Below, piece by piece: positions 38,702-48,095 of a stretch of DNA of 64,000 bases (position 1 is its first letter; each line of letters opens with the position of its first letter). The notes under the pieces were generated by a model. It did not search any database. It was not told the DNA's origin and saw only the letters and a list, made by a program, of their open reading frames with translations. A program made the position numbers and the translations under genes. This DNA is from Trueperaceae bacterium (lineage in GTDB: Bacteria; Deinococcota; Deinococci; Deinococcales; Trueperaceae): contig OZ243927.1 of the NCBI GenBank assembly GCA_965213925.1, forward strand, positions 2,176,001 through 2,240,000. The letters run 5' to 3'.

Positions 38702-40247
38702 ATGTCGCTTGCGCTTCAGGCGGAGGGCCTAACCTACCGCTATCCCCAACAGCTAGACTTTCTCTTTCAAAATCTCTCTTTATCGCTCTACACCGGCGAT
38801 AAAGTCGCGCTTTTGGGCGCGAACGGCGCGGGTAAAACGACGCTGCTCAACCTCTTGAGTAGTGAGATAGAGCCGCTCGAGGGGCGTGTCACGCGTCACG
38901 ACGAGCCTTATGTCCTCCGCCAAGAGGACCTGCTCAGTGGCGAGGGTAACGTGTTGGACGCGCTCCTGCTGAACTTCCCTGACCTGGGACCGCTCTGGGC
39001 TGAGCTTAAAGCGGTGGAGCGCTCCGGCGTCCCCGACCCGCTGCGCTACGCCGACACGCTCAGCGCCTTTGCCGAGCGCGGCGGCTATGAGGTGCAAAGA
39101 CGTTTAGAAGCCGAACTCACTGCGCTCGAGTTTCCAGCGGACACGTTAGCGCGACCTCTCGCCACCCTCTCCGGCGGCGAGCGGCGACTTTTGCGCCTCG
39201 TGGCGGCGTTCAGTCGTCCGCAAGGGCTCTACCTCTTGGACGAGCCGACGAACTATTTGGATGAGCGCGGCGTCCGCCACTTGGAGACGCGCCTGCGTGA
39301 AACCTCGGCGGCGTGCCTCATCGTCTCGCACGACAGGAAGTTTTTAGATAACACGGTGAGCGCGGTGTGGGAGCTGGAGCGGGGTGGGCTTACGAGGTAT
39401 AGCGGGTCTTATACGAGCTTCCGCCACACCAAAGAGGTGCGCTACAGAGAACAAGTGCGCAAGAGTCAAAAGCTCAAACGCGACATCGCGCAGCTTAGGG
39501 AGCAGGAGCGCACCTACAAGGTGTGGGGCGCGCAAGGAGAAGGAGAAGTCGGGCGCGGTGGACAAGGGCTTTGTCGGCGCACGCGCCGCCCGCCTCACGA
39601 AGCGCGGTATCCAGGCGAAAGAACGGTTGCGCGAGCAGGCTGAAGCGTTGGAGCAGGAGAAGCCTTGGGTGGAGAAGCGTTACGGCGTCCGCTTCGCGGT
39701 GCCCGATGTGCCGAGCGGTGTTTGTCTGAGGGCTCGAGCCTCCAGTTTTGACCTCTTAGTCCCTTGGGGTGAGCGAATTGCGCTTAGAGGGCGTAACGGT
39801 GCGGGCAAGACGACGCTGTTAGAGACCTTTCTTGGTTTGAGCAGGGTTTGTGCGAGTGAAGTGCACTGGGATTCAGAAGCCGTCATCGGCTACTTGCCGC
39901 AGCGCTGGAACGATACCCAAGACGCTAGACCTCTTGCTGAGCGGTTTTTACGCTCTCAACAGGACGAAGCCCGCATTCTTTTAGGCGCGCTCGGTGTAAA
40001 AGGGGACCACTTCACCGCGCCTCTCGGAGCGCTCAGCGAGGGACAAAAGTGCAAGGTGCGTCTGGTCGAAACTATCCTCAAGCGACCCAACGTCCTCGTA
40101 TTGGACGAGCCGACCACGCACCTCGACTATGTAAGTATCGAGATACTCGAGACCGCCCTCTTCAATTTTCCAGGCACCATCCTTTTAGTGAGTCACGACA
40201 GGTATTTGTTAGAGCGAATCGCGGAGCGAACGGTTGCGCTAGACTGA
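38702..40247 (+). pseudogene. ABC-F ATPase (ribosome-protection type), frameshifted near 39530
   Basis: NBD1 GANGAGKT/LSGGE/LDEPTNYLD/SHD; NBD2 GRNGAGKT/LSEGQ/LDEPTTHLD/SHD in a different frame; no transmembrane segments. Confidence 0.85.
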
Positions 40248-40300
40248 CGCAACGCGAGATGGTTTCATTCTGATCTGGTGAAGTGGTAGCAACAGGAGAG

Positions 40301-40415
40301 TATAGCAAGTATCATTTGGTTTGAGCCAATCCGAGAAGAGGGAACGCAGTCTAGCGCGCACGTTTGGAAATGATACTTGCGTGATTCAAGCTCAGTGCTT
40401 ATGTGAACTGCTATA
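40301..40415 (+). mobile_element. 115-bp MITE-like element, subfamily A copy 2
   Basis: Identical to 9250-9364. Confidence 0.9.
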
Positions 40416-40520
40416 AAGCGTGCGAAACGTATGCAAGGCAAACGCCATTTTGTTCAACGTTGCTAGGAAGGCGCTCGCGGTGAGTGCGTCCCTAAAGTTT
40501 TGGTTCGTTCTCTATGGGTG

Positions 40521-40621
40521 ATACCGTTTCCGGTCAAATTACGATGCGAGTAGAAACAGCGACGGATGCCGTGGGTAACGCAGGGGTGCGAAAGTGTCTT
40601 GTAGTGGATCGGAATCCGTAT
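40521..40621. repeat. Deinococcus SRE/SNR-like small repeat
   Basis: Ends ATACCGTTTCCG / CGGAATCCGTAT; core homologous to the reverse complement of 50612-50718. Confidence 0.7.
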
Positions 40622-42078
40622 TAGGACCAAATAGAGCGCATAGACCAGGCCTCAAAGCTCAGCAGCCTCGAGCCTCCTTCCACAAAAGGTTGTACTGACG
40701 CGCCGCCAGGATGCTCCTGATAGACCCTCGTCGTCAGGCAAAACCGCGCGTTGGCGTAGACCTCGGTAACGGAGTGGTCGATGAAGACGCGCAGCTCGAG
40801 CCTTTCTCCTGCCTCTAGCTTTAGTACACCTTCTTGCAGGTCAGTGGCTAGGTTCGCGCCGTCCAACTGAGCAAGCTTCCTACCTGCTGTCAGACGCCCT
40901 GTCGCCGGTGTATAAGTTATCCGCCTTTCGCCTTCAAGCGACAAGATACTTAAACCGCACTTTCCCTCAGTTACTTCGAAAGTAGCGCAAAGCTCGAGCT
41001 GTCTGCCTTGAAAGGATGCGAGGCGTTTGCTCCTCAATTCGCTCAGCTCCGGCGCTGGCGAAAGGCGTAGCGCGTTTCCTTTTAGGTCGATCAGGCGCGG
41101 CAGCGACATCACCCCAGACCACCCCGCGCGGCGCTGCGCGCGCTCGCTCCGCCCCTCCTGCAGCCAGCCCCACATCAAAACGCGCCCTCGGTCATCTCGC
41201 AGCGCTTGGGGCGCGTAGAAGGAAGCGCCGCCGTGATCGAGCGTTTGCACCCGCTCTATAGTAAACTTGCGTTTTTCACCGTGGGGATTAAATCGACCTA
41301 CGAGCGCAACCGTACCGCAAGTTTTGGGCGTTCCGTTATGTTTGAGGAGGCTGAGGAGTAAAACGTGCCGCTCGCCGAACGTGAGCAGTTGCGGGCACTC
41401 CCACACGTCCGCCCGGATGAGGTCTGCTTGAATGAGGTCTGTTTGAATGAGGCCGTTGTCTAAGTCTCGAGCCGTGAGCAGAGGTCCTAGATAACGCCAG
41501 TCGAGCAAATTATCCGAACGGTAGAGGAGTACCGTGCCGCCCACCCCGCGCAGCCCCGCCCCAACGAGCATGTACCAGGTGCCCTCAACGCGCCAGACGT
41601 TGGGGTCGCGAAAAGCGGTCAGCTCGAGCCCTGAAGGGGCGCTCAAGATGGGGTTCGCAGCGTGCTTCGTCCACCTCTTTAGGTCCGCCGACCCCAGCGC
41701 CGCGCAAATGCTCTGACTTTGCGCCACCTCTACGGGACGCCGCACGCCCGTGTAAAACAGCATCGGCTGCCCGCCGTCGTCCACCGCACAACCCGACCAG
41801 CACCCCTCTTCGTCCGCGCTACCGGGCGTCGGCGTGAGCGCGACATCCAGGTCACGCCAATGAACCAGGTCGCGGCTCACCGCGTGCCCCCAGTGGATAC
41901 CGCCCCAAGCGGCGGCCTTCGGGTTGAACTGATAGAAGAGGTGGTATTCGCCCCCCCAGTAGATGAGCCCGTTCGGGTCGTTCATCCACTTTGAGGGCGG
42001 CAAGAAGTGATAGCGCGGTCTATGAGGGTCGTGGGCGAAGGGGGCACGCATAAAGAGGGGTTCGTTGTGAGGTGGCAC
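40621..42078 (-). CDS. GH32 beta-fructofuranosidase family protein
   Basis: WMNDPNG, FRDP, WECP catalytic motifs; GTG start at 42078 after AAGGAG. Confidence 0.92.
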   Translation of the reverse strand: MPPHNEPLFMRAPFAHDPHRPRYHFLPPSKWMNDPNGLIYWGGEYHLFYQFNPKAAAWGGIHWGHAVSRDLVHWRDLDVALTPTPGSADEEGCWSGCAVDDGGQPMLFYTGVRRPVEVAQSQSICAALGSADLKRWTKHAANPILSAPSGLELTAFRDPNVWRVEGTWYMLVGAGLRGVGGTVLLYRSDNLLDWRYLGPLLTARDLDNGLIQTDLIQADLIRADVWECPQLLTFGERHVLLLSLLKHNGTPKTCGTVALVGRFNPHGEKRKFTIERVQTLDHGGASFYAPQALRDDRGRVLMWGWLQEGRSERAQRRAGWSGVMSLPRLIDLKGNALRLSPAPELSELRSKRLASFQGRQLELCATFEVTEGKCGLSILSLEGERRITYTPATGRLTAGRKLAQLDGANLATDLQEGVLKLEAGERLELRVFIDHSVTEVYANARFCLTTRVYQEHPGGASVQPFVEGGSRLLSFEAWSMRSIWS

Positions 42079-42269
42079 GTCAGATAGCTCCTTGAAGGGG
42101 TAGGGTCTTCGTGTCAAGGCTAAGGGTATCGTTTTTTGGCGGCTGGCCCGAGGTCTGTTCGCGAATGTCGCAACGGTCACGTCTCAAAGTGGCTTCACGC
42201 TAACGCCGACGTTGACCGTGACCATGCGGCGTGATTCTCTCAACCGAATAACTCAGCCGATCACGACGT

Positions 42270-43208
42270 CTATCCTTTCACACCTGACGCCGCCACGCTC
42301 TCGATGAACCACCGTTGGAAGAGCAGATACACGACCAAGATGGGCAGCGTCGCCATCGACGCGAACGCCATGATGGAGCCCCAGTCAATGTCTTGCAAAT
42401 AGAGCTGTGTGATACCCACCGTCAAGGGGCGGTAGGTCTCGCCGCGCGTGGTCATGAGGGGCCACAAGTAGGCGCTCCAGATGCTCAGCGTGTGTAAAAT
42501 AGCGACCGTCGCAAAGGCAGGGCGGGCTAGGGGCACGACGATGCGCCAGTAGACGCCGAAAGGCGACGCGCCGTCCACGATGGCGGCCTCGTCGAACTCC
42601 TTGGGAATATCCAAAAAGAACTGGTAGAAGAGGAAGATCGAGAAGGGGTAGGCGATAAAGGGAATGATCTGCACCTGATACGAGTCGAGCCAGGTCTGCA
42701 CGACCTCGAGGCTTAGCCCGCCCCCTAAGTTGACCCAAGGTAGCTCATTCACCACCACGAGCATGGGAATACTGATAGCCTCCAAGGGCACAATGATGAG
42801 CGCGATCACCGCCGCCAGGACGAACGACCTACCGCCCCAGCGCAGACGTGAGAGCGCGTAGGCGATCATGCTGTTGATAAAAAGTCCCGTTCCGACCGTC
42901 ACCACGGTGATGAAGACCGAGTTAAACAAGTAGCGCAAGAAGGGCGTGCGCTCGAAGACGAAACCGTAGTTCTCCCAGGAGAAGCCGCGCGGCACGAAGG
43001 CGAGCACGACCGTCTGCAAGTCCTCGAAGATAAAGCGCTCAGGCTTAAAAGACGAGGCGAACATGAAGACGATGGGAAAGAGAAAGAAGAGCGCGAGCAC
43101 GCTCATGAAGGCGTAGTCGGCGATAGTGAGCCAGCGCCGCCGCGCCTTGCGGCTGACGCCGGGGCGCGGCGCGGTCTTCGTCGTAATCTGCTTCTGCTGG
43201 TCCATCAC
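42270..43208 (-). CDS. Sugar ABC permease
   Basis: EFDEAAIVDGA, C-terminal SGVKG. Confidence 0.92.
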   Translation of the reverse strand: MMDQQKQITTKTAPRPGVSRKARRRWLTIADYAFMSVLALFFLFPIVFMFASSFKPERFIFEDLQTVVLAFVPRGFSWENYGFVFERTPFLRYLFNSVFITVVTVGTGLFINSMIAYALSRLRWGGRSFVLAAVIALIIVPLEAISIPMLVVVNELPWVNLGGGLSLEVVQTWLDSYQVQIIPFIAYPFSIFLFYQFFLDIPKEFDEAAIVDGASPFGVYWRIVVPLARPAFATVAILHTLSIWSAYLWPLMTTRGETYRPLTVGITQLYLQDIDWGSIMAFASMATLPILVVYLLFQRWFIESVAASGVKG

Positions 43209-44278
43209 ACGCCTCCTTCCGAGGGCAGGACGCGGCGCTGTACAAGTGCGATGACCAAAACAATCACGAAAAAGACGATGGTTACCGCCGAGCCGTAGCC
43301 GATTTGCTGCTGCCGAAAGCCCGTATCCACCGCATGGTAGATGATCGAGCGCGTCGCGTTCTGCGGCCCGCCCCGCGTCATCACGTCGATCTGGGTAAAA
43401 ACTCTAAACGCGAGAATCGTCGTGCTGATAAATACAAAGATCGTGGTATTGCGAAGCTGCGGCAGCGTCACGAAGCGGAAGCGCTGGGAGGCGTTCGCCC
43501 CGTCAATCCGCGCCGCCTCGTAGAGCACGAAGGGGATACCCTGGAGACCCGCTAAAAAGATGATCATCTGCAGTCCTACCGAGTGCCAGATAGACAAGAT
43601 CACGACCGCGATGAGCGCCGTGTCCGTCGAGATGAGCCAGGGGATACCGTCTACCGCGCCGAAGGTGATGACCCCTAGAAACTCGTTGATGAGCCCCTGG
43701 TCGGGGTTATAAAGAAAGGTCCAGACGATGGCGATAACCGCCATCGAGGTGACGATCGGCGTGAAGTAAGCCGTGCGGAAGACGTTGATGCCTCTAAGCC
43801 GTTGGTTGACTAAAAGCGCCAACGCGAGCGCCAAGCCGCCCTGCCCTGGCACGATCAAGATGACGAACAAGAAGGTGTTGACCAGTGAGCGCATGAAAAC
43901 TGGGTCTTTGGCGAGCACCGCGCGGGGCGCGCCGAAGAGGTCTACGGTGAACCACTCGCGGAAGCCCTCGTAACGTTCGCTGCCCCGCACGAGGCTGCGC
44001 ACGCGCGGGTAGACCGGGTCGCCTGCTTCGTCCCGCACAACCTCATCCGCATCGTCCCTTTCGGGCTCGAGCGTCAAGATGCTCAAGCTCAAGAGCCTGT
44101 CGTAGTTTTCAAAACCGATGAACTGCGTAGGCAGGGGCGAGATGAGACGCTTGTCGGTCAAGCTCCAATAGAAGCCTAGTGCCAGAGGTGTCGCGATAAA
44201 GAGGAGTGCGAGCAAAATAGCGGGCGAACTCATAGACCAAGCGGCGCGCACCTCGCGCTGGCGGCGGTTGAGAGCCAT
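43205..44278 (-). CDS. Sugar ABC permease
   Basis: FLAGLQGIP..LYEAARIDGA, MTRGGP. Confidence 0.92.
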   Translation of the reverse strand: MALNRRQREVRAAWSMSSPAILLALLFIATPLALGFYWSLTDKRLISPLPTQFIGFENYDRLLSLSILTLEPERDDADEVVRDEAGDPVYPRVRSLVRGSERYEGFREWFTVDLFGAPRAVLAKDPVFMRSLVNTFLFVILIVPGQGGLALALALLVNQRLRGINVFRTAYFTPIVTSMAVIAIVWTFLYNPDQGLINEFLGVITFGAVDGIPWLISTDTALIAVVILSIWHSVGLQMIIFLAGLQGIPFVLYEAARIDGANASQRFRFVTLPQLRNTTIFVFISTTILAFRVFTQIDVMTRGGPQNATRSIIYHAVDTGFRQQQIGYGSAVTIVFFVIVLVIALVQRRVLPSEGGV

Positions 44279-44289
44279 AAAACCTCCTA

Positions 44290-44356
44290 AGAATTCAGTG
44301 GACAGTAGTCAGAATTCGGCCGTGCTTCCTACCCTGAATTCCGACTACTGAATTCT
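44290..44356. repeat. Inverted repeat with heptamer units between binding protein and permease
   Basis: agaattcagt..cagtagtcagaattc ... gaattccgactactgaattct. Confidence 0.6.
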
Positions 44357-44411
44357 ATTTACCCGAGCCTAACGACCGCCCAACTGAGCAGCCATCATGT
44401 CGCCTTACGCC

Positions 44412-45686
44412 CTACTGCTCCGAAGGGGGCGGATAGCCGCTATTCGCCTCGATGTTCTGGTCGATCTGGTCTACAGCAGCGTCGAGTTCGCTCTGCGCGT
44501 CCGCGCCTTTAATAACGTTGTCCATCGCCGTATAAAAGGCTGAGGTGACAACAGGGTATGCGGGCGTCACCGGGCGGGGGAAGCCCAAGCCCTCTTCTAG
44601 CTGCTGGCGGATGACGTACATGTCGCCCCCTTCACTCCACAGCTCTTGCGAATCTAAAAGCGAAAGACGCGCGGGCATCGAGCCGAACTCGCTCGTCCAC
44701 TCGTCTATCTGCTCAGCTGCCAAGAGGTACTCCATGAGCGCCCACGCGCCCTCTTCGTTATCGCATTCGGCGCTCATCGCCCAGGCCCACGAGCCCATCC
44801 CCGTGAGGTGGCGTGCGCCGAAGTTCGGCAGCGTCATGATGACAAGGTCGTCGCCGAAGGCCTCGTGGTAGTCGTTATACATCCAGTTGACGAACCAGCC
44901 TAAACCCGCTTTCCCGTTGACGAACTCGAAGTTGTCGGTAGGCGTTAAGGTCGCGTAGCCCTGCTCGAAGAGCCCCTGCAGCCACTCCATCGCCTGGACC
45001 GATTCCTCGCCGTTTAGGACGCCCTCCGCACTCTCATACTCGGGGCGCTCGATGAGCCCGCCGCCCCACGACTGCAGCGCGGGCGAGAAGGCGTAGGTAT
45101 ACCACTCGCCCGCGCCGAAATTCATCTTGAGGTCGATGGCGTAGTCCGCCGAGTCCAAGTTCTGCACCGCCTCTAAATACTGGTTGAATTCGTCTAACGT
45201 CCAGGGGTCGTCGATACCCTCGGGGATACGCGCGCCAATCGCCTCTAAAACGGGGCGCGTGCTGACCAAGCCGATGCTCGTGTCCGAGGGGCCGATAGCG
45301 TAGAGGTTGCCGTCGTAAGTGCCTTGGTCGGTAATAGAGGGCAAGAAGTCGTCCATGTAGCCTTCGGGCAGATAGTCGTCTAAGGGCTCCAAAAAGCCCG
45401 CCCAGGCGTAGTTGTAGGCGTAGGGGCCGTCTAGGTCGAGCACACAAGGCAAGTTACCTGCGACCGCAGCGGCGTTCACGGCGTCGTTATAGCCGCTGCC
45501 CGAGACCGAACCACCCGGAATCTCGGTGATGACCGCTTCGTACTCGTCTTGCGACTCGTTGAAGCGCGCGATTTGCTCCTCGTAGATGGGCGAGGCGCTA
45601 GACGAGTGGAACCAGATGGTGACCTCTTCTTGCGCGAAGGCGAGCGCGAAAAGAGAGGCGAAAAGTAGTGTGAACAGTCGTTTCAT
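44412..45686 (-). CDS. Sugar ABC substrate-binding protein
   Basis: Signal peptide, LPCVLDLDGP, GMGSWAW, PRPVTPAYP. Confidence 0.9.
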   Translation of the reverse strand: MKRLFTLLFASLFALAFAQEEVTIWFHSSSASPIYEEQIARFNESQDEYEAVITEIPGGSVSGSGYNDAVNAAAVAGNLPCVLDLDGPYAYNYAWAGFLEPLDDYLPEGYMDDFLPSITDQGTYDGNLYAIGPSDTSIGLVSTRPVLEAIGARIPEGIDDPWTLDEFNQYLEAVQNLDSADYAIDLKMNFGAGEWYTYAFSPALQSWGGGLIERPEYESAEGVLNGEESVQAMEWLQGLFEQGYATLTPTDNFEFVNGKAGLGWFVNWMYNDYHEAFGDDLVIMTLPNFGARHLTGMGSWAWAMSAECDNEEGAWALMEYLLAAEQIDEWTSEFGSMPARLSLLDSQELWSEGGDMYVIRQQLEEGLGFPRPVTPAYPVVTSAFYTAMDNVIKGADAQSELDAAVDQIDQNIEANSGYPPPSEQ

Positions 45687-45752
45687 GAACGTTCCTTTCA
45701 GGTAGCTTCGAAAGAGGTACGAGACTTTATGGATGAACCGTAGACCTCCTCT

Positions 45753-46745
45753 CTAAAGGGAGTGACGCGAGATAAGTGGGCAGGGCAGCTTGTGACATAG
45801 AGGTGGTCCGGTTGCCTGGTTGGTGCCAGTCAGATAGTTCACCGCCCAGCGCCCCATCTCGGCGTGGGGTAGCGCGACGGTCGTGAGCGCAGGTCGCAGA
45901 TAGGCGGAAATGACCTCTTGGTTGTCGAAGCCGATGACCGCAACGTCATGAGGGACGTTCAAACTCAATTCAGCCAGCGCGTTATAGACGCCCATCGCCG
46001 TGCGGTCGTTGCCGCAAAATATCGCGGTGGGCGGCGTGGGTAGCGCCATGACACGCCTTGTGATGTCGTAGCCGCCCGTCGCTGTCCAGTCACCCTCGAC
46101 GACGTAACACTCTTCGTAAGGCACACCGAATTTAGCGAGCGCTTGCGTATACCCTTTGTGACGAGCAGGCGCAGCAAATTCGCCGCGCATGTTGATGAGC
46201 GCGATACGCCTGTGACCTCTCTCCAAGAGCGCTTCGGTTGCCCGGTAGCCTGCGCCCGCCTCATCCGGGACGACGCAAACGAAACCCTCGTCGCTAAAGC
46301 AGTTGAGGAGCACAGTCGGCACCTCGTGTAAAAGAGGCGGCGGCGCGACGCGCCGGAAGTACATCGCGGCGTAGATGACACCGTCGACTTGACGGCTTAG
46401 AAGGTTCTCCAGCATCGCCTTTTCACGCGCGACGTCGCCCCCAGTGTTGGCGATGAAGAGCAACTTGCCGCGCTCCCAGGCGGTGCGCTGCGCCCCCTCG
46501 ACCACGCCGACGGCGAAAGGGGTCGTGGCAATCTCGTCGGTGACGAGTGCGATGACGTTCGTCTCTTGCGTGCGCAGGTGCTGCGCCGCTGAATTCGGAC
46601 GGTACTGCAAAGCTTCGATGATGGCGCTAACCTTCTCCCTGGTCTTCGCGCTTACGTTAGGGTGTGCGTTTAGAACCCTCGAGACCGTGCCCACCCCGAC
46701 GCCCGCCAAACGCGCAATATCTTGGATGGTTTGTTTCTCTGACAT
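45753..46745 (-). CDS. LacI-family regulator
   Basis: TIQDIARLAGVGVGTVSRVLN, YRPN, IGFDN, LTTV. Confidence 0.95.
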   Translation of the reverse strand: MSEKQTIQDIARLAGVGVGTVSRVLNAHPNVSAKTREKVSAIIEALQYRPNSAAQHLRTQETNVIALVTDEIATTPFAVGVVEGAQRTAWERGKLLFIANTGGDVAREKAMLENLLSRQVDGVIYAAMYFRRVAPPPLLHEVPTVLLNCFSDEGFVCVVPDEAGAGYRATEALLERGHRRIALINMRGEFAAPARHKGYTQALAKFGVPYEECYVVEGDWTATGGYDITRRVMALPTPPTAIFCGNDRTAMGVYNALAELSLNVPHDVAVIGFDNQEVISAYLRPALTTVALPHAEMGRWAVNYLTGTNQATGPPLCHKLPCPLISRHSL

Positions 46746-46757
46746 AGCGATCTCCAG

Positions 46758-46775
46758 TTTGGAATCGTTTCCAAA
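46758..46775. promoter_or_regulatory. LacI-type operator
   Basis: TTTGGAATCGTTTCCAAA, a dyad with central CG just upstream of the LacI gene. Confidence 0.7.
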
Positions 46776-46964
46776 TCACTCTCAAAAACGAGCGGTTGTG
46801 AAACAGCAAGTTGTTTAAGACCCCTTTAAGCTAGCAGACACGTTTCAGTCTGTCAATGGAGCGTGTAAAACAGGTGGCGCAACGTCTACCGGGTCGCACT
46901 CGAAAAGGAGCGCAACTGGTGGTGTGAGGCTCGAGCTTCACGCAGAAACTTCGGCAGACCGGTT

Positions 46965-47001
46965 CTGCTTGATTTATACACCTCTTTGCATATACTATCA
47001 G
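46965..47001 (+). promoter_or_regulatory. argF promoter overlapped by candidate tandem ARG boxes
   Basis: TTGATT(46969)-16-TATACT(46991); AT-rich TGC..TATACA and TGCATA..ATCA boxes. Confidence 0.45.
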
Positions 47002-47016
47002 TTCTTTGAGGCTCAA

Positions 47017-47095
47017 AGCAGGTATTATCTGGTCACAGAAGCCCTCGCTGGAAGAAGCGTCGGCTTCGCGCACGCGCTGAGGGATAATACTTGCG
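47017..47095 (+). repeat. Degenerate core of the MITE-like family in the argF leader
   Basis: AGCAGGTATTATCTGGT...GCGCACGC...GGATAATACTTGCG retains the 13-bp stem but not the 3' terminus. Confidence 0.55.
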
Positions 47096-47142
47096 AAAAC
47101 GTAATGATATTGACGTAACGACTCGAGCCGGAAGGACTTCTA

Positions 47143-48093
47143 ATGACCACTACCGCCGACGTACCCGCCGTTGACAGCCTGAAAGGACGCGACCTCCTCT
47201 CTCTCGCCGACCTCTCTAAAGAAGAATTTAGGGGGCTTTTGCAAAGCGCTCACATCATGAAAAACAACTTTAAGCGCGGCGAACGTCCGCTCTATTTGCA
47301 GGGTAAAACGATCGCGATGATCTTCGAGAAGCAGTCCTTGCGCACGCGCTCGACGTTTGACATCGCCATGTACCAACTCGGCGGACACTCGGTGCTGCTG
47401 AGTCAGAACTACATCGGCTGGGGCGTGCGCGAGACCATCAAGGACGTGGCGCACAACTTAGAGCGCTGGGTCGAGGGCATCATGGCACGGACCTATGGGC
47501 ACGGGACGCTCGTAGAACTCGCCCGCTACGCGCACGTACCGATTATCAACGGGCTCTCAGATTTGGTGCACCCCTGTCAGCTCACGGCGGACTACCTCAC
47601 GCTCAAAGAGGAGTTTGGCGTTTTAGAGGGCGTCAAAGTCTGCTTCGTCGGCGACGGCAACAACGTCGCCAACTCGCACCTCTACGCGGCGATGCACGCG
47701 GGAACCTCCCTGACGATCGCCTGCCCGGAAGGGTTCGACCCGGACGAGGGCGTCTTAGAACAGGCGCGGGAGAGCGGCGCGGACGTGACCATCGAGCGAG
47801 ACCCGAGGGCGGCGGCGAGAGGGGCAGATGTGCTCTACACCGACGTGTGGATTTCGATGGGACAAGAGGAGGAGACCGAGCGGCGCAGGGAGGCGTTCGC
47901 GGGCTACACGGTGACACCCGAATGGTTCGCTGACCTCTCCGAAAGAGGTATTTTCATGCACGACTTGCCCGCGCACTACGGCGAAGAGTGCACCGAAGAC
48001 GCCGTCTACCACGAGCGTAGCCGCGTCTTCGACCAAGCGGAGAACAGGCTACACGCGCATAAAGCCATCCTCTTTCAGCTTTTGAGGGATTAG
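47143..48093 (+). CDS. argF: Ornithine carbamoyltransferase
   Basis: FEKQSLRTR, HPCQ, GDGNNV, DVWISMG, HDLP, QAENRLH. Confidence 0.92.
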   Translation: MTTTADVPAVDSLKGRDLLSLADLSKEEFRGLLQSAHIMKNNFKRGERPLYLQGKTIAMIFEKQSLRTRSTFDIAMYQLGGHSVLLSQNYIGWGVRETIKDVAHNLERWVEGIMARTYGHGTLVELARYAHVPIINGLSDLVHPCQLTADYLTLKEEFGVLEGVKVCFVGDGNNVANSHLYAAMHAGTSLTIACPEGFDPDEGVLEQARESGADVTIERDPRAAARGADVLYTDVWISMGQEEETERRREAFAGYTVTPEWFADLSERGIFMHDLPAHYGEECTEDAVYHERSRVFDQAENRLHAHKAILFQLLRD

Positions 48094-48095
48094 GC

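Noticed and set aside
12790..45686. Three ABC systems lacking ATPase genes
   Set aside because: Shared ATPases encoded elsewhere are common for these transporter families
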